The position numbers were made by a program, and so were the translations under genes. DNA of 64,000 bases, from contig MU053557.1 of the NCBI GenBank assembly GCA_013239625.1, positions 3,068,123-3,132,122 of the forward strand. The letters are read 5' to 3'. The DNA comes from Lama guanicoe. Taxonomy: Eukaryota. A model generated the notes under the pieces. That model was not told the DNA's origin, did no database searches, and was given only the letters and a program-made list of their open reading frames with translations. Of this stretch, positions 42,866 through 56,868 are shown piece by piece (position 1 is the first letter of the stretch; each line of letters starts with the position of its first letter).

Positions 42866-43739
42866 GTAGCAGCATCCAGTTGGCAGAAAAGTTGGAGGAT
42901 GTTACCTGCTCCTCAGCCCTGGCAGCTTTTTACTTCTGCCTCCTGTACTTTTACTTAGAATTTCCCATCATGCTCGCACACTGCTGTCCCACTCTTTTCT
43001 TAATGCAGGTCTGTTTGTGTGACCAACAGCTTTGTGTGATACCCTAGTTAATATATTATACAGATAATAAATACAATATTATGGAATATTCTATAAATAC
43101 ATATATATAAATAAAACATTATACATATAATATTTTTCCCCTCTCCAGAACTTGGAGAGGACCCAATCTAGGAGAACATTATGTAGCAAAGAACCAAACC
43201 CAAACTGTGGACGTGTCAGAAAGCTGTGGGACCTCGAAGGAGTTGAGCTGGTTTTGGATATACTCATTTTCTTGTCCCCTCTTCTCAACAATACAGGGTG
43301 AGCAACCTGATTCCAGGGTAGGAACACGGAGGGATGTAATTAGCCTATTAAGTTCTGCTAATGTCTTGTTAAAGTCATTCAAGTGAGAACAGATATATCG
43401 GTTCTGCCTTGGACCCTGCCACAGGGAGCATTGTATTTCCACGCTGCTATTTGCAGTTACACAGTAGGCATCAGCTGATCCAGCAGGACCTGTCCTCTCC
43501 TGTTTCATCAAATCAAGATGCAGTGAAAGATTCCTACAGAATGTGTATGTTCCTGGAGCACTTTACCACTCCCCAGAATGACAGTTTTTGTAGCTGCCCA
43601 CCATCCACAGAGCATCTGGCACAGATGGAGGGTGTGTTACGGTGGTTGTTCTTTTGTTTTTATTTTTTCTTCTTTGGGAGAAAAAAAAAAGAAATACTTG
43701 GGTTATTATTCCCGAAGTTTAAGAAGCCAATGGGCCAGA

Positions 43740-44420
43740 TTCATTCATTTTTCTGACAATTTTTTTATTTATTTAAGGACTGACTTTGTTCTGGGCACTT
43801 GGATGAACCTGGGATCTCCAGCACTGAACAGTACAGAAAAGTACAGTCCTTCCTCTGAGAACTTACATGGAGTGGGGGTGGGAGTGAGGGAGACAAATCA
43901 TGAACAAATGCAGAAGAAAACAGGTAATGACAGTGCTGTACTGAAAATAAGATGGAGGTGACGAAATGAGGGTGGAGAGGGATGCCGCTCCAGATGGAGT
44001 GGTCAGGAAAGAACCTGGAGGACGTGGCATGTTAGCTGAGATCAGAAGGACACAAAGCAGCAAGCCACGTGACGGTCTAGGGGGACAGGACTGCAGGCAG
44101 CGGGGACAGCATGTAAAAGAGATGAAGAAGACCAGTGTGGCTGGAGCATGGTGGGTGGCAGGGAGAGGACACTATGAGGTGTGGCTCAGGGCTCTGCAGG
44201 ACCAGAGCACATGCGGGTCATACGAAGCCAGGGGTAAAGAGTTCGGAGTTTATTCCATGTGGGTTGGGAGCCAATGGAGGACATCAGGCAGGGAAGATGT
44301 GTGTAATGAAAAACACCACTCTGGGTGCTATGTGGATAATGGATTGTCAGGAGAAGCAAGAACAAGGTTACTGTTTCAACTTTCAACTGAAAGATGATGG
44401 TGGTAGCATTGGAGGTGGTC
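43740..44420 (-). mobile_element. LINE-2 3' region (continues at about 45185-45680)
   Basis: Starts with an (attc)n tail, then gttctgggcact...gtggtcaggaaagaacct...gggagccaatggagg. Confidence 0.75.
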
Positions 44421-44423
44421 ATT

Positions 44424-44470
<47 letters not shown>

Positions 44471-44607
44471 ATTTTTTTTTACTGTAGTAAAATAAGGTTA
44501 CTGTTTCAACTTTCAACTGAAAGATGATGGTGGTAGCATTGGAGGTGGTCATTCTAGTGTGTGTGTGTGTGTGTGTGTGTGTAATTTTTTTTTTACTGTA
44601 GTAAAAT
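44364..44607. repeat. Tandem duplication (130 + 114 bp), each unit holding a GT microsatellite
   Basis: Units 44364-44493 and 44494-44607 are identical except for (GT)21 vs (GT)13 and the adjacent T-run. Confidence 0.95.
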
Positions 44608-45175
44608 AATCCATCACATAAAATTGATCATTTTAACCATTTTTAAGTGACAAAGTACATTAAGTACATTTACACTGTTGTGCAACCAACACCACTGTCC
44701 ATCTCCAGAACTTTCTCATTATCCCAAACTGAAACTCTGTATCCATTAAACAATGAATCATCAATCCTTCCCCTCTTTCCAACCCTTGGTAACCACTATT
44801 CTATTTTCTGCCTCTGTGAATTTGACCACTCTAAGAACCTCATAAGTAGAATCATGCAGTAAGTGCCCTTTTGTGCCTGGCATATTTCATTTAGCATAAT
44901 GTCTTCAAGATTAATCCATGTTGCAGAATGTATTAGAATTTTATTCTTTTTTAAAGCTGAATAATATTCCATTGTATGTATAGACCACATTCATCCATCG
45001 ATGGTTTACCTGAGTGGTTTCCACCTCTGAGCTGTTGTAAATAGTAGTGTCACGTGTGTACAAATACCTGCTTTCACATCTTTTGGGTACATACCCAGAG
45101 GTGGAATTGCTGGATCAAGTGTTAATTTCATGTTTAATTTTTTTGAGGAACCACCATACTGTTTTCAATCATTAT
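44585..45175 (-). mobile_element. LINE-1 3' fragment (L1MB-like)
   Basis: ORF 44796..44990(-) MWSIHTMEYYSALKKNKILIHSATWINLEDIMLNE is the L1 ORF2 end. Confidence 0.88.
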
Positions 45176-46574
45176 ATTTTAAAGTTATCAAGAGTTGCTG
45201 TGGGACTGGTGTTACGAGTTAAGAGAAAGAAAATAAATAAGAATTATCTCAAGATTTTCACTTTTACAGTAGAATATTGGCACCACACATGGGGCTTTTG
45301 AGATAAGAGGGTTTTGGTATATGCGTGATGTAATGGATATAGTAAAGGTTCTCTTTAGGACATATTATATTTATATTTATCATGACTGTTAGACATACAG
45401 ATGGGAACATCAGGCAGGAAGTGTTATATATTGTTAGTCTAGAGTTCCAGGGTCAGTGCTGGTGACCAAAGGTGTATGACAGAAGGTCGTGTTGGCCAGG
45501 GGGTAGGCTGGAGTGATGACAAAGGAATGATTAAGGAAACAGCTGGGGTGCATGTGGTTCTAAGCTCCCCCAGGTGATTATCTAAACATATCCAGATTCG
45601 GTGACTACCAAGTGATACCATCTTAGAGATTGCCTTAAATGAGGGAAACAATTTAGGATTATTGGAGAAGACAGAAAAGATGAGAAAGTGATGCTCAATT
45701 TCTGAGCTAGAAAAATCTCAACTTGTTCTAGCAGGAATTTTAATATAGCCCCTGGGTTTATTTTCATTTCCTTTATCCTACTACATGAATAAACAATCTT
45801 ACTATATTACTGTTCACCCTGTAGTGACTTAAAGTTTATCTCATTACATTTTGGAGAAACTATGCACTTACAATCTATGCTTATACACTTTATTTTTCTG
45901 TTAAAAGTCCACTTTTTCTTTTACATTTTCTGAGATTTTCCTCATATCCTTTTCTCTGAATTTAGTAATAAACATGCTCCTTTACCATTTCAAACCCTTT
46001 TGGCATGGTTCCTTATGAACCTTTCTTATCCTCTGCATCCCGGAGGGAACTATATCTCATCCATCTTTATATTTCCTATATCATAACACAGTGACTTATT
46101 AAAGTAGATAAATATTTGAAGAATAAATGAACAGAAGAGTGAAAAGTAGAACATACCACCTGTTAAAGTGTTACCTCCCTGACCTCTGTATTGTTCTTTA
46201 AGCTTTGAGGGAGTTTCTGACGAAAGTAGTGGATATAATGATACATCGTGGCTTTAATAAATTTTTTAAATGATGTCTAGGAATTTAATAGAAAGCTGGT
46301 AAAGTGCCAAGCTCAAAGCAATTCATTTTTCCCAAAAAGCCTTCATACATTCAAGCCAGGAAATCATTCTGCTCAACTTGCCACACCCAAGTCCCTTCTC
46401 ACCTGGCAGGGCTCCTTGGAGCCTTCTCCTCACCTGGCAAACACTCTCTGATGCTCACTGGATGCAGGTCTGAAAGAGGCGGCAAGAGCCTAATGCCTGG
46501 TTTGCCTCGAGCTTTAAATCGCAGAAAGTGTTTGATGGTGCACTGGAGTGCTCTGCTGTATACTGATTTAGAAA

Positions 46575-46864
46575 TTAATCAAAAAACCAACAAACTTATG
46601 GTTACCAAGGGGGATGGGGGTGAGAAGGGATAAATTGGGAGTTCGAGATTTACAAATACTAACTACTATATATAAAGTAAATATACAACCAGTTTCTTCT
46701 GGATAGCACAGGGAACTATATTCAACATCTTGCAGTAACTTACAATGAAAAAGAATATGAAAATTAATATACATATGTATATGTATGACTGAAACATTAT
46801 GCTGTACATCAAAAATTGCCACACTGCAAACTGACTATACTTCAATTTTTTTAAATTGCAAAAA

Positions 46865-46912
<48 letters not shown>

Positions 46913-46914
46913 AA
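46575..46914 (+). mobile_element. Lineage-specific LINE-1 3'UTR with a (GAAA)12 tail at 46867-46914
   Basis: Aligns by eye to the 3'UTRs at 25555-25825 and 54875-55155. Confidence 0.9.
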
Positions 46915-48140
46915 CCATCCCTGCCATCAAGAAGTTTATGATCCAGTTGGAGAAAAAATGAATGTTAAGTGTGATAAATATTATGGTGAAATAAGTCTAC
47001 CATGCAAATCACGTAGGAGGGGCCATTAACTCAGAAGTGGAAGATCATGGAAGGCTCCCTGCAGGACGTGGCATCTGAGCTAATTGGTGAGGGATGAATC
47101 TGCATTTTCTGGGAGCAGTAGTGGAAGGGCTCTGATTCAGGCAAAGGAACAGCAGAAGTTGAGGGGATGCAGGGAGCATTCAGGGGACTCCGTGCACTTC
47201 CATGTGGCTGAAGCACAGGAGCCTGATTAGGAAAGGGCCTTTATTCTGTATGAGTGAGTTTGGGCTTGATCATCTTTGAAATAATGAAATTCATCAATGG
47301 GGTCGAGGTGGAGTCTGCAGTATTAAGTGGTTAGCCATGGAAACATGCAATTCAAAATCCCCTTGCACTCTATATTTTTAAGCAAATTGTACACTGAATC
47401 AGAGAAACATTTGCCACAGCTACAGATGACCACTTATGAGTCCAGAACTAATTTTTAGAACCTAATAAACCAACAGAGAAGATATTCAAAGTCTATGGAA
47501 CCACCCATACACCTGCCTGTTGGATGTGACATATACTTGATTCTCTTTGTAGGTAACAGGCTGGTTATTCATTAATACTTTCAAAAAAAAGAGGATTGTG
47601 ATGGCCTCGGTATGTCAAAGACTAAGGTCACCTTATTCTAGCAACATAAAAGCCACCTGACTAGGCTGAAAATGTGTTCCCAAACCTATTTCAGAACTTA
47701 TTCCCTGATGGCTTCTGTGAATTTGGGTTGAAGGGTTTTAACGGTCCATTAGGGAAAGGCAGTAAAAACCGGAGAGTGGGAGAGTGAGGGCTGTTACAAA
47801 CTGCAGTGCTGTGCTTGGATCGCGGAGCACTGCTTACAGTAACATTTGTTTCACGAGAACTTTTAAAACTCTACAGGCCATTCCTCCAAGTATTTACCAT
47901 CAAACCTCTAAGTATTTACCATCAAACTACTCCCTTCATTGGAAGAGGGTAGACTGTGTTCCCGCCTATGGATTTAAGGATCTCACCAATGCATGGAAGA
48001 TTGGTCCAAGTTCTTCAATTAACATCCCCAGGAATAATATTTATTAAGTAACTAGAGACATTATAGCATATCCTAGAAAAGATTCTTATCTCTGCAAGTT
48101 TAAAATACAATCACATTTTCTTTCTCATTTTATAGTCTTT

Positions 48141-48299
48141 TTAACATTTTTTTATTTATTTTCATTATTTGGGGGGGGTAATTAGGATTGATTGATTGAT
48201 TTATGTATGTATGTATGTTTAGAGGAGGTACCGGGGATTGAACCCAGAACCTGGTGCATGCTAAGCATGGGCTCTACCACTTGAGCTGTACCCTCTCCC
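48141..48299 (-). mobile_element. Vic-1-like SINE
   Basis: Reverse-complement tRNA-Ala head; ttatagtcttt is repeated at 48130-48140 and 48313-48323. Confidence 0.9.
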
Positions 48300-48770
48300 T
48301 CTCTGCGTCGTGTTATAGTCTTTAAGTTCACTTCGTCAGTGTAGCTCTAGAGTTCCATAGCTGAAAATATGATTAGTACCATTACCTTACGACAATTTAA
48401 ATGCCATATGCCATATGTAATATTTACATTCTTGGGTGTAATATGTTATAGACATTAAGATACTAAGCTTTGGAACCCAGAGAGACCCAGGTTCAGAGCC
48501 CAGCTCTTCCATGTGTGAGCTCTGTGACCTTTAATTAAATTACTTAAACCTCTTTAAGCTTTGGTTTTCTGATCTAGAAATTGAGGGTATCAGTGGTAAG
48601 CATCTAGTCAATTCATTGTGAGAAGTGAATGAGACTGTGAGTAATGTGGGGCTAGTACAGTTTCAACCCGAGCTACCATTTCTGAGCATGTTCACCTTTC
48701 TCCTTTAGTTCTGTTTGTTTCTTTCTCATCTTATTATAAGCAACTTTCTTCTTTCTTTTTACTCCCTTAG

Positions 48771-48808
48771 GGATATGAAGCCTGACAACATTTTGCTTGA
48801 TGAACATG
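48771..48808 (+). CDS. STK32A: STK32A coding exon (38 nt): (R)DMKPDNILLDEH(G), catalytic loop
   Basis: Long pyrimidine tract ending cccttag at 48770; donor G|gtaagt at 48809. Completes HRDxKPxN across the splice junction. Confidence 0.95.
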
Positions 48809-51800
48809 GTAAGTAAATGATTTGTTTGCAATCAACTACATGACATGCATGCGGAACAAGCTGATTCTCCCCAGCAAAGGAGTATTACGTGTGGGAAAAG
48901 TGTCTTGCTCGATTCAGTTGAATTATATGTGCAAACTCAATTTTATGGTGGGAGGGACAATCACTCACTGCAGTGGCATACTAAAACAGTATACAATTTT
49001 CTTCCACTCCTACTGAATTTTTCAAGAAAACCACCCCAGTTTTGTTTGTTTTTTGATGCTGATTTGACTTAATACCTCTCTAACAATCATCTCCCTTTTT
49101 TTTCATAAAGACGAAACAAACCTTAAGATTAGAGCATTTGGCAGGCAATAGTATTTACCTAGAGATTCATGACACTGTTTTGTTCTCACTGCATCTACTT
49201 TCATGTTTTCCAACTCGTGAGGACAAATTGGTTTTTCATGTACAGAAGAGAGATCAAGGTCTCTGTTCAAAGATTTTTTTCCGTTTAAAAAAAATCAGCT
49301 TATTCAAAGACACATATAAAGCAGATCAGAGTATCTGTGGTACCCAGCTATGAAAGTGACAGACGGATATGGCAGTGACCATGAAGGTGATAAATGAATG
49401 TTCAAGAAACACTGATGGGAGATGTCCTGTAGAACAAATTTTGACCAACAATGATTAAATATGTATAATCTTTTCCTAATATTAATGTACATTTGGGATG
49501 TACTGGTCCCTCAGAGCAGACTTGTAGGACACACAGCCCGCATGGCATAAATGGTACAGAGGCAGTAGGATCCTTGTTAAGATTTTTAGAAAGCCACTAG
49601 GTGAGGGAGTCCCAGATCTGCAAAGCTCTGTATTCATTTTGCTTTTACAAAAGGGATTTGCAAGTGGGACTGAAACTCCATGGACCATCCATCACTCATT
49701 ATTTATTTACCTAGTTGCATTTTAAACCTGACTTGCCAGACTGCCACATGTGCTCAGAGGGTTAAGAAACACGTTTGCGTGTGACCTCCGATTTCAGAGC
49801 TCAGGGTCATCATTTATTTATGAGCTGTCTAAAAAGATTTTTTCCACTTTCTTCCAGTGCCTTATTTCTTCCTTCCCTTTACGGCTTCTGACACTGGGGA
49901 ACAGATTCTCTGAATCTCAGAAATGTGGGCAGTGGTGAGACTTATCATGAAGGTGACTTTCATCAAAACACCAGGAATCTCTGCCTCAAATAAGAAGCAG
50001 GATCCCCTCTCCTGCTGATGCAAAGAAACCCCACATAACCTTGTGAAGGCGCAGGCTGGTCAGGCAGACCTGGTTCGAGCTTGTCCCTGCTTCCCCCTCA
50101 ACCACTCACTTCTGTGCCCAATATATTTCTCCATCATTTGTTGGGGCCCTGAATGGAGACATATAGGTCTTGTCAATCGAAACCTTTTCAAGATTTACCT
50201 TCCATCCAGGGAACAGTGCTTCCATTTCAGGTCTCAAACTTGGTTTCATCTTACCTTGACCATGAGGTCGTCCTGTTCAGCTTCTTTCTCCTTGTCATTT
50301 TCTTGTCAACTTGGTGATGGTAAACTAGGAGAAAGGTTCAGAAATGAATTAATCTTCAAGTTTAACTACCCTCAGACTACCCTTGGGAAAGAGTAATTAG
50401 GGGATATCGTCGATAAGAGCGTGGGTTCTGGAGACAGACTGCCTGAGCTCGAAACCTAGTTTGCTCACTCAGCAGCTCTGAGAGTCTTAGCAGATTGCCT
50501 AAAATTTCTCTGCTCCTTAGATTCTTCAGGGATCAAAAGTTCTTATTTCTTAGGGTTGTTGTAAACACTGAAATACTATTCATAAAGTGCTTAATTGCCA
50601 TGTGCACAGGGAACTTACTCAATAAAAGTTAAATACTGCTGTGACCCCATGAGGTAGCAGGGGCTTTCTGCCCCACGGAGGGAAGCTTAGACGACTTCAC
50701 CTTGCTTTATGTGACTCTGTCTGTATCAGATAGATAGAATCGGTGAAAGCTGGGGACCTTCCTGTCTTTACTGAAGAATTCTTTTGATTCCAGAAGGGAT
50801 ATACCAAAGATGGTATGTCTACTTGTTAGGTCTTGTGTTTAAAAAATTTTGTGTGACCCTTTACTGTCTGGCAGCTACACTTTCAGCAGCCCATTCTGCC
50901 TTTCCTTCATGCGTGCAGGGGGCTAAGTCCACTTGTCCGGGCCTTTTATTCTTGGTTGGACTGGGACTCTGTTGCTTAGGGACAATGAACTGTTCTCCCG
51001 TCTGCCTATGGGGCCAGTCCCAGTCTACACCTGTTATCTGCTGTACCATTTACAAAGACCCTTTTCACTCTTAAATTTGGGGGGTTGGACAATGACTTAG
51101 GGGTGGGTTTTTCTGTATTTTATTCCCATCCTAAACTCAACTGAAGAATCACTCCAGCCAAGAAGAGAAACATTGCTTTGGGAAGGACTGGATATGTGAA
51201 TGAGATAGAATCAAACAAGCAAAGAAGACTGAGAGCCACACTCTAAGCATTGTCCTGGGAACCCTTTCTGGAGATGATCATTTCTTGAGGTTATCTGTTT
51301 TCTGTTTATTCAGATTCTGAAAAGCTAAGACTTTCAGGCATTGCTCAGGGACCATAATTAACTACTTTTAAATGAAGAAATTCCTGGTGGCCCCCACTCC
51401 CCAGCTCATTGTGTAGAGCTGCTCCTGCAAAAGCCAACAGACCAGAAACCAGTGCCCGCCTCTTGGAGTATTTTCTGGTGCGATTTTCCCTGTCTCATAT
51501 TTGAAAGCCTCATTTGTCTCCTCTGTCCACATTTATAACATTTCACACCTTACGGACCATCACATGTTCCTCTTGCATGGGGAGTTAGCAACTGTGAAGG
51601 ATAATCGCTTATCTCTGATATGCCTCCTATAATCATTCCTCCAGCTGAGCTGTGTATGACACCACGTGACTTATATTTTAACTCACCACCATGACTAACA
51701 GGCAGAAACTTTATTTTATTCTTACTGATTCATATTGGTTCGTGTTCATCAGAAAAGATGGAAATTTAAAGGAGCTAAATTCGTCTGTAAATGGAGACTC

Positions 51801-52724
51801 CTTCCACTGGTGTGAATGAACATTTCTTACACATCAGAATTGGACTTAAAAAAAGTTTTTAATTTAAAGCATACCTGTTACTTTTCTCCCCAAATGTCTC
51901 ACGCACTAGTTCAGAGCCCAAGATGGCATTAGATCTTGGATGGCTCATAACCAACCACCCTGATACATATGTTTCATATCCTACCAACTTAAGTACCCTA
52001 TCCAATTCTATTAGTGTTTCAGTATCTAAAATTCTTGTGTTTTCCCTACAGTGTTCAGGAAATAAATGCTGCAGACAAAGGAACAATAATGCCTCTCTGG
52101 TATATCTGAGAGAATGACAATTAATGCATAATCCATAAGTTAGGTTTCTTAATATCATCCCTAGTCATAGGGAACAAGAGAAGGGCAAAAACTCAGTTTG
52201 GGGGTTGTGAGGAAGAACTAAGCCTGCTACCTTAACAGCTTCTCCCCTGCAGAGTCCCAAAATGTACCTAAAAATCAAGTGGGTAGCACCTTAAAAACCA
52301 TACACACACTCTCACACACACAAATAGTAGAACACTGTACCCTATCCCCAGATAATTAGATTTATAAGCCTCAGTGCCTAAGGAGATGCGTTTTTAATAG
52401 GAATCCTAAAAAAACGTGGCACACAGAATCTAAACATTTTTGAGTTCGGGAAATTCTGAAAAGTTAGGGGCAATGCCAACCAATTGGTTGGTGTCTGTGA
52501 GTGCTGTGTTGAGAAGGATCCTCAGGCTAAATACAGGCACAGTGAGAAAGAGGATAAATAATGACCAAGATGATGACTAAATTCAGTGACTCAATACTAT
52601 GAACTCCGATTTTTAATGTGATTCTGCACCACAGGGTACCGAGGTGAAAGAACAGGCAAATCACCCCCTCGGGTGCTCAGTCAGGCCATTCTGAGCCTGG
52701 TACCTGAAAAACTTCACAGTAAGG

Positions 52725-52955
52725 CAGTGGTTCTAACTGTGGATGCTTTTGCTCTACTGCCTCTCCCCGCAGGCATGGAGAGATATCTGGAGAGACTTTT
52801 GATTGTCAGGGTCCCAGCCAGGAGCAGGAAGTGCCTTTGGCATCTAGTGGGTAGAGGCCAGGGAGGCAACTAAGCATCCATGATGCACAGGACAGCCTTC
52901 ACAGCAAAGTGCAACTGGCTCCCAGAACTTAGTGGTGCCAGGCTGAGAGACTCCA
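52725..52955. mobile_element. MER20-like hAT DNA transposon
   Basis: cagtggttctaac...tggcatctagtgggtagaggccaggga...atgcacaggacagcc, diagnostic MER20 motifs. Confidence 0.8.
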
Positions 52956-53062
52956 TTCTAAGGGTCCCGCAGGACCTGGGCTTCTGGAAGAGGCCAGAGT
53001 GGTCCCTCAATCAGCAGGTCTAAGACTAAGTCAGGTCTTCTTTTAAAATCACGGGACCTTCC

Positions 53063-55160
53063 ATTATATGCGGATGGCATGATACTACTATATATAGAAA
53101 ATCCTAAAGGCTCCACGCAAAAACTTCTAGAGCTGAGAAAAGAATTTGGCAAGGTAGTAGGATACGTGATAACATACAGAAATCAATGGCATTTCTTTAC
53201 ATTAACAATGAAATATCAGAGAAGGAGAGTAAAGAAACAATCCTTTTTAAAATTGCATCCAAAAAAATTAAATTCTTTGGAACAAATCTGACCAAGGAAG
53301 TGAAAGATTTATACATGGAGAATGACAAAACACTGAGTAAGGAAACTAAAGATGACTTAAAGAAATGGAAAAGAAAAAAATAAAGATAGAAATGGAAAGA
53401 TATCCCATGTTCTTGAATTGGAAGAATTAATATTGTTTAAATGGCCATACTACCCAAAGCAATCTACAGATTTAATGCCATCCCTATCAAATTACCTGGG
53501 ACATTTTTCACAGAACTAGAATAAATAATCCAAAAATTTATATGGAATCACAAAAGACCCAGAATTGCCAAAGCATTACTGAAGAAAAAGAATGAAGCTG
53601 GAGGAATAACCCTCCCAGACTTCACACAATACTACAGAGCTACTGTAAACAGAACAGCACGGCACTGATACAAAAGAAGACATATGGATCAATGAAACAG
53701 AATAGAGATCCCAGAAATAAATCTACAAACTTTTGGTCAACTAATCTTCAACAAAGGAGACAAGAACATACAATGGAGTAAAAGACAGTCTCTTCAGAAA
53801 ATGGTGTTGGGAAAACTGGACAGCTGCATGTAAATCAATGAAGTTAGAACAGTCTCTCACACCATATACAAAAATAAACTCAAAATGGCTTAAAGACTTA
53901 AACATAAGACAAGACACTATAAACCTCTTAGAAGAAAACATAGGCAAAACATTATCTGACATACATCTCAGCAATGTTCTCCTAGGGCAGTCTACCCAAA
54001 TGATAGGAAAAAAAAGCAAAAATAAACAAATGGGACCTAATTAAACTTAAAAAGCTTTTGCACAGCAAAGGAAACCATAAGAAAAACAAAAAAAAACCAC
54101 CTATGGAATGGGAGAAAACATTTGCAGGTGATATGACTGATAAAGGTTTAACTTCCAAAATATATAAACAGCTCATACAACTTAATAACAAAAAACAAAC
54201 AACCCAGTACAAAAATGGGCAGAGGACCTACAACAAGCAATTCTCCAATGAAGACATATAAATGGACAACAGGCACATGAAAAAATGCTCAATATCACTA
54301 GTTAACAGAGAAATGCAAATCAAAACTACAATGAAGTATCACCTCACACCAATCAGAATGGCCATCATTCTAAAGTCCACAAACCATAAATGCTGGAGAG
54401 GGTGTGGAGAAAAGGGGACCCTCCTACACTGTTGGTGGGAATGTAGTTTCAGGCAGCCAGTATGGAAAACAGTATGGAGAGTCCTCAGAAAACTAAAAAC
54501 AGACTTACCATGTGATCCAGCAATCCCATTCCTAAGTATATATCCAGAGGGAACCTTAATTCAAAAAGATACGTGCACCTCAATGTTCATAGCAGCACTA
54601 TTTACAATAGCCAAGACATGGAAGCAACCTACATGTCCATCGACAGTTGACTGGATAAAGAAGTTGTTTTATATTTATACAATGGAATACTACTCAGCCA
54701 TAAAAAAGAATAATATAATGCCATTTGCAGCAACATGGATGGACCTGGAGATTGTCATTCTAAGTGAAACAAGCCAGAAAGAGAAAGGAAAATACCATAT
54801 GATATCACTTACATGTGGAATCTAAAAAAAAAGACAAACTTATTTGCAAAACAGAAATAGACTCTCAGACACAGAGAACAAACTTGTGGTTACCAGCGGG
54901 GGAGGGAGGTGGGAGGGGATAAATTGGGAGTTAGAGATTTGCAGATACTAACATACATATATGTATGTGTGTGTATATATATATATGATAAACAACAAGT
55001 TCATGCTATATAGCGCAGGGAAATATATTTGATATCTTGTAATAACTTCTGGTAAAAAATATGAAAATAAATACATGTATGTTCATGTATGACTGAAGCA
55101 TTATGCTGTACACAAAAAATTGACACAATATTGTAAACTGACTGTACCTCAATTAAATAA

Positions 55161-55198
<38 letters not shown>
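53063..55198 (+). mobile_element. Lineage-specific LINE-1, 5'-truncated (about 2.1 kb), disrupted ORF2, (AT)16 tail at 55165-55196
   Basis: Several ORF2-like ORFs between 53079 and 54825. TSD ttaaaatcacgggaccttcc (53043-53062) / ttaaaatcaccagaccttcc (55199-55218). Confidence 0.95.
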
Positions 55199-55204
<6 letters not shown>

Positions 55205-56837
55205 TCACCAGACCTTCCTTTGGGGACCAGCTCTCAGATTCATTCCCACCTGGCACAGAAGGGAACCTGGCAGAAAGAGCCTCAAGGTGAGCAGAGGGAA
55301 GCAGGGCAGCATCCTGGACTTGGAATTGAGACTTTGGGCTGGTGGCCACCGGCTCCGTGAAGCTCTGCTTTACTTGTTCACCTTGAGGGCTCAAGGCTAG
55401 AGGTTCTGCTAGATCCTGACCCTTAAATAATTCTTTCCCATCATTTCCTATGCATTCTGTCGGGAGAACTAAACCCTGAGTCAACCAGAAGGTAGTTCTT
55501 TTAGTTTGTTCAGCTCTTTGGTCTCTTCATATAGCACAAAAAGTTTTGGGGAGATTGATCACTCACCAAAGAAGTCCTGGACCAAATTCTACATCTTAAT
55601 CCTAGCTCTGCTACTGCTGAGCCCTGAAAACTTAGCCACAAACAGGTCTTCTATAAAACAGGGACTACTTTGCTAGCCTAAAGTGAGAAAACCAAATGGC
55701 TCTACAACATCCTCGTCCTTCTACTGCTACACGAGCACAGACAATCTCAGGACTGAGACGGCTTAGAACACCTGCCAGGCTCAAGGAGAGGGTCCCATGC
55801 CTGGCTGCCCATCTGAATTACTGGTGGAGTTTCCTGTTACTGTTTTTAACGTGGATGCCTGGCTCTCCTATCAGTCCCACTGCACTGGCGTCTGAGGAGA
55901 GTCAAGTCGGGCAGGTGTGTTTTGCAAAATGACACTGGAGTTTCTGATCATGACAAATACCAAACAATTGGATACTTACTTCCTGCCAAATGCTAAGTCT
56001 TCCACAGCCTTATTTCATCTGATCCTCCCAACAACCTCATGAGAAGACTATTCCTATATTCCAGCTTTACAGAGACAATAAGTCACCTGAAGGAGGCACA
56101 GCTAGTTAGGGGTAGAACCTGGGCTAGAAGCCACGAAGTCTGACTCCAGAAAACAGGCTCTTCTCAATCACTAAACCTCCAGGCTGACCTATTTTGTATC
56201 AAACCTTGTGAATCATTGATTCAGTGCGTTGGATGCGACCCAGGGAGAAGAAACAGAGAAAGAAAAAACTGAGACGACCAATATTACAAAAGGGTGAGTT
56301 CTTGAAATCCTCTCTTTTGGTACCATTTATGCAAGAATACCTCATCTTTCAGCTCAGTGAGTGCTGCTTTTGCTTTATTAGAATGTCATCTGATAAAAAC
56401 AAAACACCTTTTGCACAAAACAAAACCCTGGTGATGAAGAGCAGTGAGATTTACCGTTAGAGCAAGCTGGGTGCTCTCATGGAGTAGGTAGTGAAGTTGG
56501 CAGAGGGGGAGGTGGACTGTGAGACGTGGAAAAAGAATCCGGTGACATCCTCTCCAGTTACCACCATAGCTCATCAGAACCACAGAAGCACGCAAATGGA
56601 AATGCCAGCACTTCAAGATCCTCTCAAAACAGGTGACCCTCGTGCCAGCAGCTAACAGGACGGGCCGGTCTGCCTGAGCTTCTGGCACCGCCCTTTTCCC
56701 ACTCCTCGCTATAAACCCAAGGACCCTGATACATACACCTTGTAGGGTGCGCGCCCTGATGAAATCAAGTGTGAGACCCGGTGTTTGTCGCCATGAATAT
56801 TTAAAACTGAGGAGAGATCCTAGAGGACAGCTAGTCA

Positions 56838-56839
<2 letters not shown>

Positions 56840-56868
<29 letters not shown>
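56840..56868. repeat. Poly(T)29 run
   Basis: Direct reading. Confidence 0.95.

Noticed and set aside
43578..44527. Cluster of overlapping 127-143 aa ORFs
   Set aside because: They lie largely in an antisense L2 fossil and a GT microsatellite and show no recognisable protein features.
54262..54825. 187-aa ORF, the longest in the window
   Set aside because: It is the C-terminus of L1 ORF2 in a truncated, frameshifted element, not a host gene.
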